From an uncultured Chryseobacterium sp. (GTDB taxonomy: Bacteria; Bacteroidota; Bacteroidia; Flavobacteriales_D; Sanyastnellaceae): DNA of 64,000 bases. The notes below the pieces were generated by a model. It was not told where the DNA came from, ran no database searches, and saw nothing but the letters and a program-made list of their open reading frames with translations. Location: positions 5,233-69,232 of the forward strand of contig CAZNVU010000001.1 in NCBI GenBank assembly GCA_964576575.1. The letters are read 5' to 3'. The position numbers and the translations under genes are program-made. Below are positions 27,757 to 38,141 of the stretch, piece by piece; the first letter of the stretch is position 1; each line of letters opens with the position of its first letter.

Positions 27757-30036
27757 ATGGAAGCCATTAAAAAGAAAGACGCTCTGGATTATCACGAGCA
27801 GGGAAGACCAGGAAAGTTGGAAATTATTCCCACCAAACCGCACAGTTCACAACGTGACTTGGCTTTGGCTTATTCACCGGGCGTAGCAGAGCCAGTTTTG
27901 GCCATTGCGGAAAATCCAGATGATGTTTACCGCTATACCGCCAAGGGAAATTTGGTAGCTGTTATTTCCAATGGAACAGCTATTTTGGGTTTGGGAAATT
28001 TGGGTCCAGAAGCTTCTAAGCCAGTGATGGAGGGGAAGTGCATGTTGTTCAAGATTTTTGCTGATATCGATAGCATTGACATTGAGGTGAAGGCCACGGA
28101 TGTGGATGAATTCATCAATACGGTAAAAAATATTTCGCCCACATTTGGGGGTATCAATTTGGAGGATTTAAAAGCCCCTGAGGCTTTTGAGATAGAGGAA
28201 CGATTGAAGGCAGAGTTAGACATCCCCATTATGCATGACGACCAACACGGTACAGCCATTATTAGTAGTGCTGCTTTGATTAATGCGCTTGAATTGGCCA
28301 ATAAGAAAATTGGTGATGTAAGAATTGTAGTAAGTGGGGCAGGTGCAGCGGCATTGAGTTGTGTAGACATGATGATACAACTGGGCGCCAATCCCAAGAA
28401 CGTTTTTATGTATGATTCTAAAGGATTGATTACTGCAGATCGCGAGGATTTGGATCATAGAAAAAGAAGATTTGCTACAGAAGACAACCTAGGAACATTG
28501 GCGGACGCCATGGCAGGAGCGGATGTATTTTTGGGATTGTCGCAAGGAAACATTGTTTCTCCAGAAATGATTGTTGCCATGGCGGACAACCCAGTGGTTT
28601 TTGCATTGGCCAATCCCAATCCTGAAATATCTTACGATGAGGCGTTGGCTGCAAGGCCAGATGTTATAATGGCGACAGGAAGAAGTGATCATCCCAACCA
28701 AGTGAACAATGTATTGGGATTCCCGTTTATTTTCCGCGGGGCTTTGGATGTGCGAGCACGTTGCATCAACAATGAAATGAAATTGGCCGCTGTACATGCG
28801 CTGGCTGCATTGGCCAAGGAATCGGTTCCAGAAGAAGTTGTGCAAGCATACAACTTGCAATCATTGAGTTTTGGTAGAGATTACATTATCCCCAAGCCAT
28901 TGGATCCGCGTTTGATTTACGTGGTGTCTACAGCAGTGGCCAAGGCAGCAGTAGAAAGTGGAGTGGCCAAGCTCCCAATGAAAGATGAGGAGTCATATAA
29001 GGCAGAGTTGCTGAATCGCATTGGTCGTGATAACGCGTTGTCTAGAGGAATTGCGGAACGCGCCAGAAAATCACCCAAGCGCGTTGTTTTTGCTGAAGGT
29101 GAGAATATTAAAATTCTAAAAGCTGCAGAGGCCGCCAAAGATGAAGGATGCGCCATTCCCATTTTGTTGGGTGATGAAAAACGCATTCGCGAGTTGATGG
29201 AAGAATGGGATATTGATTTGCGCGATGCTCAAATCTTTGATCCACGGGTGGAGGCCAATGACGCCAATAGAGAGCGATTTGGACAGATTTATTTCGAGAG
29301 AAAACAACGCCGCGGAGTCACCTTCACTGATGCAGTAAGGTCAATGCGTGAAAGGAATTATTTTGGAGCGATGATGGTGGAAACGGGAATGGCAGATGCC
29401 ATGATCAGTGGAATGACCAGAAATTATTCCAAGGTGATTCGTCCAGGATTGCAGGTCATAGGACCTGCTGAGGGAGTGAAGAAAGTTTGCGGTATGTACA
29501 TCGTGCAAACCTTGAAAGGGCCTTTGTTTATTGCTGATACAACGGTCAATGAGGATCCATCTGCTGAGGATATCGTAGAAATTACTTTAAGGGTGGCAGA
29601 GGCCATCAGTAAGATGAAAATTACACCGCGCATTGCACTGTTGAGTTATTCTAATTTTGGTTCGGCCAAAGGAAAGGATCCATTGAAAATGGCCAAGGCA
29701 GCGGCCATTCTTCAGCGTGAACATCCCAATCTTTTGGTGGATGGTGAGTTGCAGGCCAATTTTGCTTTGAATCAAGAAATGATGGAGGAGAATTTCCCAT
29801 TCTCTAAATTGGTTGGTCATCAGGTGAACACATTGATTTTCCCTAATCTTTCAGCGGGAAACATTGCTTATAAATTATTGCAAGAAACAGCAGGGTATGA
29901 GGTTATCGGACCTGTATTGTTGGGCATGAACCATAGTTATCATATTCTTCAGATGGGATGTTCTGTAAGGGAAATCATCAACATGATTCGGATTGCAGTG
30001 GTGGATGCACAATTCAAGGGTACTGGACGCGCATAA
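27757..30036 (+). CDS. maeB: NADP-dependent malic enzyme with a C-terminal phosphotransacetylase-like domain
   Basis: The start is MEAIKKKDALDYHE. The track start at 27676 lies inside the previous gene. The malic-enzyme NAD(P) domain (GAGAAA) and a PTA-like C-terminal half are present. Confidence 0.9.
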   Translation: MEAIKKKDALDYHEQGRPGKLEIIPTKPHSSQRDLALAYSPGVAEPVLAIAENPDDVYRYTAKGNLVAVISNGTAILGLGNLGPEASKPVMEGKCMLFKIFADIDSIDIEVKATDVDEFINTVKNISPTFGGINLEDLKAPEAFEIEERLKAELDIPIMHDDQHGTAIISSAALINALELANKKIGDVRIVVSGAGAAALSCVDMMIQLGANPKNVFMYDSKGLITADREDLDHRKRRFATEDNLGTLADAMAGADVFLGLSQGNIVSPEMIVAMADNPVVFALANPNPEISYDEALAARPDVIMATGRSDHPNQVNNVLGFPFIFRGALDVRARCINNEMKLAAVHALAALAKESVPEEVVQAYNLQSLSFGRDYIIPKPLDPRLIYVVSTAVAKAAVESGVAKLPMKDEESYKAELLNRIGRDNALSRGIAERARKSPKRVVFAEGENIKILKAAEAAKDEGCAIPILLGDEKRIRELMEEWDIDLRDAQIFDPRVEANDANRERFGQIYFERKQRRGVTFTDAVRSMRERNYFGAMMVETGMADAMISGMTRNYSKVIRPGLQVIGPAEGVKKVCGMYIVQTLKGPLFIADTTVNEDPSAEDIVEITLRVAEAISKMKITPRIALLSYSNFGSAKGKDPLKMAKAAAILQREHPNLLVDGELQANFALNQEMMEENFPFSKLVGHQVNTLIFPNLSAGNIAYKLLQETAGYEVIGPVLLGMNHSYHILQMGCSVREIINMIRIAVVDAQFKGTGRA

Positions 30037-30085
30037 ACTTGCGGGTTTTTTTGTATTTTCGAGCCTTTCTAAAAATTGAAAGGCT

Positions 30086-30679
30086 ATGGTAACGAGTATT
30101 AGGGGTAAACTATTGGAGAAAAGCCCTGTTCACGCCGTTGTGGATGTGAACGGAATGGGTTATTTAATCCAAATACCGCTCAGCACTTACAGCCAGTTGC
30201 CTGATGGGGGAGAAATAACGTTGTTCACTCATATGCACATCAATGGAAATGATTTTTCCTTGGTGATGTATGGATTTAGCAATCCAGAGGATCGTGAGGT
30301 ATTTAAAAAATTAATTTCTGTAAGTGGTGTTGGACCCAATACTGCTCGGGTGGTATTGTCTAGCTTAACAGCAGATGAATTGAGGGCTATCATTGTCCAG
30401 AAGGATGTGGCTAGTTTAAAGCGCATCAAGGGAATAGGAGAGAAAACTGCGGAGCGCATGATTGTGGATTTGCATGATAAGATGGGCAAACTGGAAAACA
30501 TGACAACTACTGAGAAATCTGGAATTGCATACAATATTCAAAAGCATGATGCGTTATTAGCCCTTTCCTCATTGGGATTGGATAAAACCAAAGCAGAAAA
30601 AACCTTGGATAAGGTAATGAAAGAATGGCCCAATGCAGGATTGGAAGAATGGATCAAATGGGTATTGAAGCAGATTTAA
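30086..30679 (+). CDS. ruvA: Holliday junction branch migration complex subunit RuvA
   Basis: It shows the typical pattern I.G.L....P....V.VNGMGY.I, HhH motifs (VSGVGPNTA, IKGIGEKTA), and a family-typical length. Confidence 0.9.
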   Translation: MVTSIRGKLLEKSPVHAVVDVNGMGYLIQIPLSTYSQLPDGGEITLFTHMHINGNDFSLVMYGFSNPEDREVFKKLISVSGVGPNTARVVLSSLTADELRAIIVQKDVASLKRIKGIGEKTAERMIVDLHDKMGKLENMTTTEKSGIAYNIQKHDALLALSSLGLDKTKAEKTLDKVMKEWPNAGLEEWIKWVLKQI

Positions 30680-33600
30680 GTGAGGCGTAGTTTTGGGCAT
30701 ATCGTTCATTGGGTTTTTATTGCTGTAATTACAGTGGTTTCATCATGGGTAGCTTTGTCTGTTTCAACCATAGAGAATTCTGTTTACTACCGTAGGAGAG
30801 CGCGCATTGTTGCTGAAGTGGATACTACGATTACTCCCCCTGTTTGGCCCAATCAAGACCCCATCAATCCCTCACCTACTCCGAGTGGTATTGCCGTTCC
30901 ATTACCTAAAAATATCAAATACCACGTTGAGTATAATCCAGAAACAGGGATGTATGAAGTATCCCAAAAAGTGGGTGATAGAATTGATTTCAGAAGTGCC
31001 ACGCAAATGACCCGAGAGGAGTTCATGGATTTTCAAATGAAGGATAATGTAACGGCTTACTGGAAGGAATTGGTGGAAGAGGAAGATCAGGCAAAAAGAG
31101 AGTTTGCACCCGTTTTTAAAATCAACTCCGACGCTTTTGAGAATATTTTTGGATCCAATGAAATTGAGATTCGTCCACAGGGAAGCGCTGAATTGACATT
31201 TGGCATGAACATGTCTAAAGTAGACAATCCAAGAATTCCAGAGCGCCAAAGAAAAGTAACCACTTTCAATTTTGATCAAAAGATTCAACTTAATGTGACC
31301 GGTAACATTGGAACCCGCATGAAGCTTAATGTGAATTACAACACAGAGAGCCAGTTTGATTTTGAGAATCAAATGAAGTTGGGATATACGGGTGATGAAG
31401 ACCAGATAGTCAAGAAAATTGAATTGGGTACTGTTCAAATGCCCCTTTCAGGTTCATTGATACAAGGGAGTTCTAGTTTATTCGGTGCCAAGATTGAGAC
31501 CCAATGGGGCAAATTGAAAAACACCACAGTTCTTTCACAACAAAAAGGTGAGCGCAAAGAAATTACAGTCCAAGGCGGAGCGCAAACCCAGCAATTTGAT
31601 ATTTCGGCTGATAATTATGAAGCCAACCGCCATTATTTTCTATCAGGATTTTTTAGAAACAGCTATGACCGCGCTATGGAGACCCTTCCAGTGGTCAATA
31701 GTGGAGCCAACATCACCCGGATTGAGGTTTGGGTGGTAAACCAGCAAGCCAACACCCAGGACGTAAGAAATGTATTAACTTTCTCTGACCTAGGAGAAAG
31801 TCAGAGTTTCATGTCAACGGATTATGCCTTCCAAGGCTTAATGAATCCCAATCAAATTCCCAATCCAGACAATGACAACAATGCCTTGCACGATATCATG
31901 ACTGGTTCCCCTGAAATATTGGGATTTACAAATGCTAACCCAGCAATACAAGCATTGGGACTGGGCTTGAAGCAAGGGATTCATTATGAGCGTGTGGGTA
32001 ATGCGCGTAAATTGACCAGTTCTGAGTTCACTTATAATGCCCGACTGGGTTTTATCTCATTGAAGCAGGCACTGAATAATGCAGAGGTTTTAGGGGTTGC
32101 TTTTGAGTACACGTTGAATGGTCAAACATATCAAGTGGGCACCTTGTCACAGGATGGTATCGCTGCACCCAATGCATTGGTTCTAAAAATGTTGAAATCA
32201 TCCATAACGATGGTGGAGTTGAGCAATGGAGACCCTGCGCCATTGTGGGACAACATGATGAAGAACGTATACAACTTGGGTGCTTTTGGCGTTTCTCCTG
32301 AGAATTTTCGTTTGGATCTTTGGTACAACAATCCTTCCACAGGGGTTAATATGAACAGTATACAGCGCGACCCCCTGTCTGGTAAGTTGTTGCTGCAGGT
32401 TTTGGACTTAGACCGAATCGACAACCAACAAATGCCATACCCAGACGCCTTCTTTGACTTTGTTCCCAATGCTGCAACGCAGGGTGGTTTGATAGATGCA
32501 CAAACGGGTCGAATTTTCTTTCCACACATTGAGCCGTTTGGACAACATCTCTCCAATGAGATTATTGCGGGTTTAGGGAATACGACAGCTGCTCAACAAA
32601 TGATCAGTCAGGTGGTTTTTCAACCGTTGTACGATAGTACAAAGACTTCCGCTCAGATTAATTTTCCTCAGCTGAATCGATTTAGAATTAAAGGACAATA
32701 TCAGAGCGCTTCAGGTTCTGATATTTCTTTAAACGCGATGAACATTCCTCAGGGATCTGTGAGTGTTACCTCCGGGAGTATCAGATTGGTAGAAGGTCAA
32801 GACTACACAGTGGATTACAACCTGGGTCGCGTTAAAATAATCAATGAGGGTGTCATGAACAGCGGTAACCCCATTAAGGTTTCAGTGGAGAGTAACTCGC
32901 TATTCAACATGCAATTCAAGACCATGATTGGAAGTCGTTTTGACTATAAGTTTAGTGATAAATTGACAGTAGGATCAACGGTGATGAATTTGCGTGAACG
33001 ACCCTTAACGCAAAAGGTGAATATCGGTGATGAGCCGGTGAACAACTGGGTATTGGGAGCAGATTTTAATTACCAAGAGGAAGTTCCGTTCATCACGGAG
33101 ATGATTGACCGCTTGCCTTTTATTAAAACCAAAGCCAAGTCAACCATTTCCTTTAGCGGAGAGGCTGCCAAACTATTTCCAGGTCACAGTAGAGCGATTT
33201 CAAGAATTGGAAATTCCTACATCGACGATTTTGAAGGAAGTCAAAGTATTATTGATTTGCGGAGCATTAATCAATGGTTCTTGGCCAGTACCCCAAAGCT
33301 TCAACAAGGCCTGTTTCCCGAAGGGAATATCGAGGATAGTTTGATATACAATTACAACCGCGCTAGATTGAGTTGGTATGTTATCGACCCCTTGTTTTAT
33401 CGTTCCAATGCCCTGACACCACCCAATGTCGATGAGGAAATGCAAAGTGATCATCGCATGCGAGAGATATTGGAGTCAGAGGTTTTTCCAAATAGACAAT
33501 TGCCTCCTGGAACTCCTCCCAATATCGCTTCTTTGGATTTGACTTATTATCCCAGTGAGAGAGGTCAGTATAATTTTGATGTACCGGATGGTGTTCCAGG

Positions 33601-36600
33601 TTATTCTGCTGGGTTAGATCAGGACGGTTTCTTGAATGATCCAGAGTCGCGTTGGGGAGGAATCCAGCGCGCCTTAACTACAACAGACTTTGAAATGAGC
33701 AATGTTCAGTTCATTCAATTTTGGCTAATGGATCCATTTCATGAAGACTCACCCAATGCAAATGGAGGAGATTTGTATTTTAATTTGGGTAATGTTTCAG
33801 AGGATGTCTTGAATGATTCTCAATTGTCATTTGAGAATGGTTTTCCAACAGACAATAATCCACTGCCCACCCTGCAGGGAACATGGGGAAATTATCCCAA
33901 CCCTTCAACTTTTAATGTCGTCAACGCATTTGATAACACCACAGGCTCTTATGCTCAGCAGGATATTGGCATGGATGGATTGAATTCCAGCGGTGAACAG
34001 ACGTTTTTCTCGCAATGGTTGTCCTCCGTTCAGGCGCATGTAACGGCAGATGCATATGGAAAAATTGCCCAGGATCCAGCTGCTGATGATTTCCGCTATT
34101 TTAGAGGTAGCCAGAGTGATCAAGAGAACTTGAATACCATTGATCGATACAAGTTTTTCAATGGATATGAAGGAAACTCCAATACTTCCAGTCCAGAAGG
34201 ATATCCTATAGCTGCAACAACAGTTCCCAATACGGAGGATATCAATCAAGATATTACATTGAATCAAATTGAAAGTTATTTTCAATACAAGGTCAGTCTA
34301 CGTCCTGGTGATTTGGGAGAGAATAACATTGGGGATAATTACATTACGGACAGTTTTGTAACCACTAAAACCACAGCGGATGGTGATGAAAGAGAGATCC
34401 GGTGGTATCAATTCAAGGTGCCAATTAAAGAGTTTGAAAAGCGCATCGGTAACATACCTGATTTTCGTTCTATCCGGTATATCCGCATGTTTTTAAAAGG
34501 TTGGGATCAACCTGTGACGCTGCGCTTTGCACGATTGGAGTTGGTGAGGGGTGAGTGGCGTAAATTTGAGAGTAGTCTTTTAGGACCACAAGAATTGGAG
34601 CCCAATGATGATGAGCCAACAGAGTTTGATATAGCGGCAGTAAACATAGAAGAGAACGGAAACAGAGAGCCAGTTCCATATACTGTTCCTCCAGGAATTA
34701 TTCGTGAACAGGATGTGGCCTCGGCCAACTTGCGCAGCATGAATGAGCAATCCTTATCCATGACTGTTTGCAATTTGAATGATGGAGACGCAAAGGCAGC
34801 TTACCGAAATGTGAATTTTGACATGCGACAATACAAGCGTTTACGAATGTTTGCGCATATAGAGGCCAAAGGTGTGGAGAGTGCCTTAAGGAATAAGGAT
34901 CTTACTGTTTTTGTTCGTTTGGGGTCTGATTTTGATCAAAACTATTATGAGTATGAAATGCCAATGGCTGTAACCCCATGGTTTACAGATGACGATAATG
35001 AGATATGGCCTGAAGAAAACAATTTTGACATCTTGATCAAAGATCTGCAAGATTTGAAAGCCAATCGACCCGCTGGATTTAGTGCCTTGCAGGAGTTTTC
35101 TAGAATGCTATCTGAAAATGTACGTATTTCAGTAAGAGGTAACCCCAATGTTGCCAATGTTACAGTACTGATGATTGGTGTGCGCAATCCAGATGATAAG
35201 AAGAATAGCTTTGTGAACAACGATGATGGATTGCCAAAGTGCGCTAGCATTTGGGTAAACGAGTTGAGATTATCTGAGTTTGATAACACCTCTGGATGGG
35301 CAGCATTGGGTAGGATTACAGCACAGTTGGCAGATTTAGCAACGGTAAATGTAGCCGGAAACATTAGTACACCCGGCTGGGGATCCGTTGAACAGAAGGT
35401 GCAAGAGCGTCAACAAGAGACAAGAACAGGTGTTGATGCAAGCACCACCATACAAATGGGAAAATTGATGCCGGAAAACTGGGGCGTCCAGCTGCCTTTG
35501 TTCATGGGATATTCAGAGAACGTTTCTACGCCAAGGTTTAGTCCATTGCAACCTGATTTGGAGTTGAATGATTTGCCCAATCTTTCCAAGCCATTGAAGC
35601 AGAAATCTCAAACGATGACACGGCGCAGGAGTATAAACGTCACCAATGTAAAGATTGCACCCAAGAAAGGAGAGAAAGAGGCATCGGGAGGAGGTGCGCC
35701 ACCGGCCCCTGGAGCCCCTGCGGCAGCGGCTGGTGGAGGAGATAAGCCTAAGTTTTATGCCATTGATAATTTCAGTGTAAGCTATGCATACAATGAAATT
35801 TATTTCAGAGACATCAATATTGATTGGCGATTGAATAAACAATACACGGGAGCCTTTGATTATGCCTTCACCAATAAACCAAAAGAGATTAAGCCTTTTG
35901 CGAAGTTGCCATTGGTGAAAACATCACCCTACCTGAAGTGGATCAAAGAGTTTAATTTTTATCCAGGTATCAAATCTGTAGGCTTCCATACCGACATGAA
36001 TCGTTCTTATGAAACCAGTCGAATCAGGAATAACACTTTGGAATTGTCCGGGGTTTACAGCGACATGCTGATACAGACACAAGCGCAAAAGAATTGGAGT
36101 TGGAATCGGAATTACAACGTGAAGTATGATTTGACCAAGAGTATCAAGATGGATTTGACGGCATCCACAACAGCCTTGATACGGGAGCCTCGAGGTGTAA
36201 TAAATCGTGAAGATAAGGATTGGTATGATGCTTATAGGGATACCGTTCGCCAGAACATTTTGAGCATGGGTGAACCTACTATTTACAATCATCAATTTAA
36301 TGCTTCATACAAATTGCCATTTGATAAGTTCCCCCTGATAGATTTTGTGAATTCGGATGTGAAGTATGGTTCTAGCTTTAGATGGGACCGAGCTCCCTTT
36401 ACACAGGACACACTTGGTAATAAAATACAAAATTCAAGGCAGTTGAACTTTAATGCAACAGCCAATTTTGAAACATTGTACAACAAAGTTCCTAAGTTGA
36501 AGCAAATCAACCAAGGGAAGAAGAAGGATGATAAGAAGAAGTCAGGAGATAAAAATAACCCAGATAACAAAGATGGATTTGGAAAAGAGATTGAGAAACC

Positions 36601-38056
36601 TGAAAAGAAGGAGAAAATTGTTTGGACAGATGTGGCTTTGCGCTTCTTGATGATGGTGAGAAATGCCAATATGAGTTATACCAGAAATGAAGGAATGATG
36701 TTGCCTGGTTATAACCAACGTGCTGGTCTTTTGGGTTTGAATAATCAATTTACCGCGCCAGGAGTTGGTTTTGTTTTGGGGCAACAAAATACAGATTGGC
36801 GAGGGGATTTGACAGATCGCAATTTTGCTCTGGATATGGCCAATGGTGGATATGTGGTGGGTTCACCTTTCCAGAATAATCAGTATACAGAAACTTCAAG
36901 CACTACTTGGAATGCAAAAGCATCCATAGAACCAATCAAATACCTGAGAATAGAATTGACAGCCAATAGACAAGACGGTAGAAACTTGACCAGCTTTTTT
37001 AGGTATTCAGCTGACTCCATGGAATACCAGTTTCAGTCACCGATGGAGACAGGAAACTTCAGTGCCTCCATTAACACCTGGGCGACAGCCTTCGCACGTG
37101 ACGACAAAGACAATGGAAACATGTCTGATCCATTCTTGAATTTGATAGCATACAGACAAGAGATTTCAGGACGATTGAATGCTGAGAACTATCAATTGAA
37201 TGATGTGGACACTGCAGGATATTATCAAGGTTTTGGTGGCACTTCCCAGGACGTTATTATTCCAGCTTTTATTGCTGCATATACAGGAAAGAGTACAGCT
37301 GAAGTTTCTTTGAACCCATTCAAAACAATGGCTCAACCCAACTGGAAAATCAGTTATGATGGATTGACTAAGCTGGAGAGTGTAAAGAAATATTTCAAGC
37401 AATTTACCATTAATCATCAGTTCAAATCTACTTTGAACGCCAGCTATGTTACCAACTTGAATTTTGAGCAAGATCAGTTAGGAAGGCCAACCGCTCTAGA
37501 TGCCAATGTACAGCCCAATTGGATTTCAGAAAAGCAAATCAACACTGTCACCATTACGGAATCCATGTCACCATTGTTGGGTTTTGATATGACGGTAAAG
37601 ACCAAGAAGAGCAATGACCCTCAGATTAAGGTGGAGATGAAGCGCGATAGAACCATCGCATTGGGATTGGCCAATAATCAAGTCACGGAAAACAGAAGCA
37701 ATAGTTTTGTGATTGGAACCGGTTATAAGTTCACTGACATTCCCAATCCAATTGCCAAAATCAAGGGAAAGAAGTTTCCAATGAAGTTGTTAAAGAGTAC
37801 AACGCTAACCTTACGGGCAGATTTAACTATGCGTGATAACGTGACGATGATTCGTAAGATAGTAGAGCAGCAAAATCAAATTACTGCCGGACAAACGCTA
37901 TGGAGTTTAAAGACCAGCGCTGACATGGCAGTGAGTGATAAGTTGACATTGCGTTTCTTCTATGATCACCAGTTCAACAAACCCAAGATTTCCAACTCGT
38001 TCAACAATACCAATATCAATTCAGGAATTGCAATTAGATTTACACTCAACGGTTAA
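30680..38056 (+). CDS. sprA: T9SS translocon / cell-surface protein SprA (Sov family)
   Basis: It is a 2458-aa protein with an N-terminal anchor, and the rest is beta-rich with the aromatic-alternating pattern of a giant barrel. Size and composition fit SprA. The GTG start is the very first codon after the ruvA TAA. Confidence 0.8.
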   Translation: MRRSFGHIVHWVFIAVITVVSSWVALSVSTIENSVYYRRRARIVAEVDTTITPPVWPNQDPINPSPTPSGIAVPLPKNIKYHVEYNPETGMYEVSQKVGDRIDFRSATQMTREEFMDFQMKDNVTAYWKELVEEEDQAKREFAPVFKINSDAFENIFGSNEIEIRPQGSAELTFGMNMSKVDNPRIPERQRKVTTFNFDQKIQLNVTGNIGTRMKLNVNYNTESQFDFENQMKLGYTGDEDQIVKKIELGTVQMPLSGSLIQGSSSLFGAKIETQWGKLKNTTVLSQQKGERKEITVQGGAQTQQFDISADNYEANRHYFLSGFFRNSYDRAMETLPVVNSGANITRIEVWVVNQQANTQDVRNVLTFSDLGESQSFMSTDYAFQGLMNPNQIPNPDNDNNALHDIMTGSPEILGFTNANPAIQALGLGLKQGIHYERVGNARKLTSSEFTYNARLGFISLKQALNNAEVLGVAFEYTLNGQTYQVGTLSQDGIAAPNALVLKMLKSSITMVELSNGDPAPLWDNMMKNVYNLGAFGVSPENFRLDLWYNNPSTGVNMNSIQRDPLSGKLLLQVLDLDRIDNQQMPYPDAFFDFVPNAATQGGLIDAQTGRIFFPHIEPFGQHLSNEIIAGLGNTTAAQQMISQVVFQPLYDSTKTSAQINFPQLNRFRIKGQYQSASGSDISLNAMNIPQGSVSVTSGSIRLVEGQDYTVDYNLGRVKIINEGVMNSGNPIKVSVESNSLFNMQFKTMIGSRFDYKFSDKLTVGSTVMNLRERPLTQKVNIGDEPVNNWVLGADFNYQEEVPFITEMIDRLPFIKTKAKSTISFSGEAAKLFPGHSRAISRIGNSYIDDFEGSQSIIDLRSINQWFLASTPKLQQGLFPEGNIEDSLIYNYNRARLSWYVIDPLFYRSNALTPPNVDEEMQSDHRMREILESEVFPNRQLPPGTPPNIASLDLTYYPSERGQYNFDVPDGVPGYSAGLDQDGFLNDPESRWGGIQRALTTTDFEMSNVQFIQFWLMDPFHEDSPNANGGDLYFNLGNVSEDVLNDSQLSFENGFPTDNNPLPTLQGTWGNYPNPSTFNVVNAFDNTTGSYAQQDIGMDGLNSSGEQTFFSQWLSSVQAHVTADAYGKIAQDPAADDFRYFRGSQSDQENLNTIDRYKFFNGYEGNSNTSSPEGYPIAATTVPNTEDINQDITLNQIESYFQYKVSLRPGDLGENNIGDNYITDSFVTTKTTADGDEREIRWYQFKVPIKEFEKRIGNIPDFRSIRYIRMFLKGWDQPVTLRFARLELVRGEWRKFESSLLGPQELEPNDDEPTEFDIAAVNIEENGNREPVPYTVPPGIIREQDVASANLRSMNEQSLSMTVCNLNDGDAKAAYRNVNFDMRQYKRLRMFAHIEAKGVESALRNKDLTVFVRLGSDFDQNYYEYEMPMAVTPWFTDDDNEIWPEENNFDILIKDLQDLKANRPAGFSALQEFSRMLSENVRISVRGNPNVANVTVLMIGVRNPDDKKNSFVNNDDGLPKCASIWVNELRLSEFDNTSGWAALGRITAQLADLATVNVAGNISTPGWGSVEQKVQERQQETRTGVDASTTIQMGKLMPENWGVQLPLFMGYSENVSTPRFSPLQPDLELNDLPNLSKPLKQKSQTMTRRRSINVTNVKIAPKKGEKEASGGGAPPAPGAPAAAAGGGDKPKFYAIDNFSVSYAYNEIYFRDINIDWRLNKQYTGAFDYAFTNKPKEIKPFAKLPLVKTSPYLKWIKEFNFYPGIKSVGFHTDMNRSYETSRIRNNTLELSGVYSDMLIQTQAQKNWSWNRNYNVKYDLTKSIKMDLTASTTALIREPRGVINREDKDWYDAYRDTVRQNILSMGEPTIYNHQFNASYKLPFDKFPLIDFVNSDVKYGSSFRWDRAPFTQDTLGNKIQNSRQLNFNATANFETLYNKVPKLKQINQGKKKDDKKKSGDKNNPDNKDGFGKEIEKPEKKEKIVWTDVALRFLMMVRNANMSYTRNEGMMLPGYNQRAGLLGLNNQFTAPGVGFVLGQQNTDWRGDLTDRNFALDMANGGYVVGSPFQNNQYTETSSTTWNAKASIEPIKYLRIELTANRQDGRNLTSFFRYSADSMEYQFQSPMETGNFSASINTWATAFARDDKDNGNMSDPFLNLIAYRQEISGRLNAENYQLNDVDTAGYYQGFGGTSQDVIIPAFIAAYTGKSTAEVSLNPFKTMAQPNWKISYDGLTKLESVKKYFKQFTINHQFKSTLNASYVTNLNFEQDQLGRPTALDANVQPNWISEKQINTVTITESMSPLLGFDMTVKTKKSNDPQIKVEMKRDRTIALGLANNQVTENRSNSFVIGTGYKFTDIPNPIAKIKGKKFPMKLLKSTTLTLRADLTMRDNVTMIRKIVEQQNQITAGQTLWSLKTSADMAVSDKLTLRFFYDHQFNKPKISNSFNNTNINSGIAIRFTLNG

Positions 38057-38076
38057 TTGCTTCAAAAATGCTGCTG

Positions 38077-38094
38077 ATTGTAACCTGTTACAAT
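38077..38094. terminator. Possible bidirectional terminator hairpin between the convergent sprA and CotH-family genes
   Basis: It is an inverted repeat ATTGTAAC-CT-GTTACAAT. It is AT-rich, has only short T-runs on either side, and has a 2-nt centre. Confidence 0.2.
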
Positions 38095-38141
38095 TCGCAA
38101 GCTAGTTTTCTGAATTGTTAGCGAAAGAAATCATTTTCAAT

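Noticed and set aside
30062-30085. Hairpin AGCCTTT-N10-AAAGGCT immediately upstream of the ruvA ATG
   Set aside because: It has only 7 mostly weak base pairs and no following T-tract. It could sequester the initiation region, but the evidence is too thin to call a regulatory element or terminator.
30677-30679. Possibility that ruvA and sprA are one gene joined by stop-codon readthrough
   Set aside because: RuvA ends at its normal length, and SprA begins with its own hydrophobic anchor. The shared frame is most simply coincidental, or related to reinitiation rather than a fusion.
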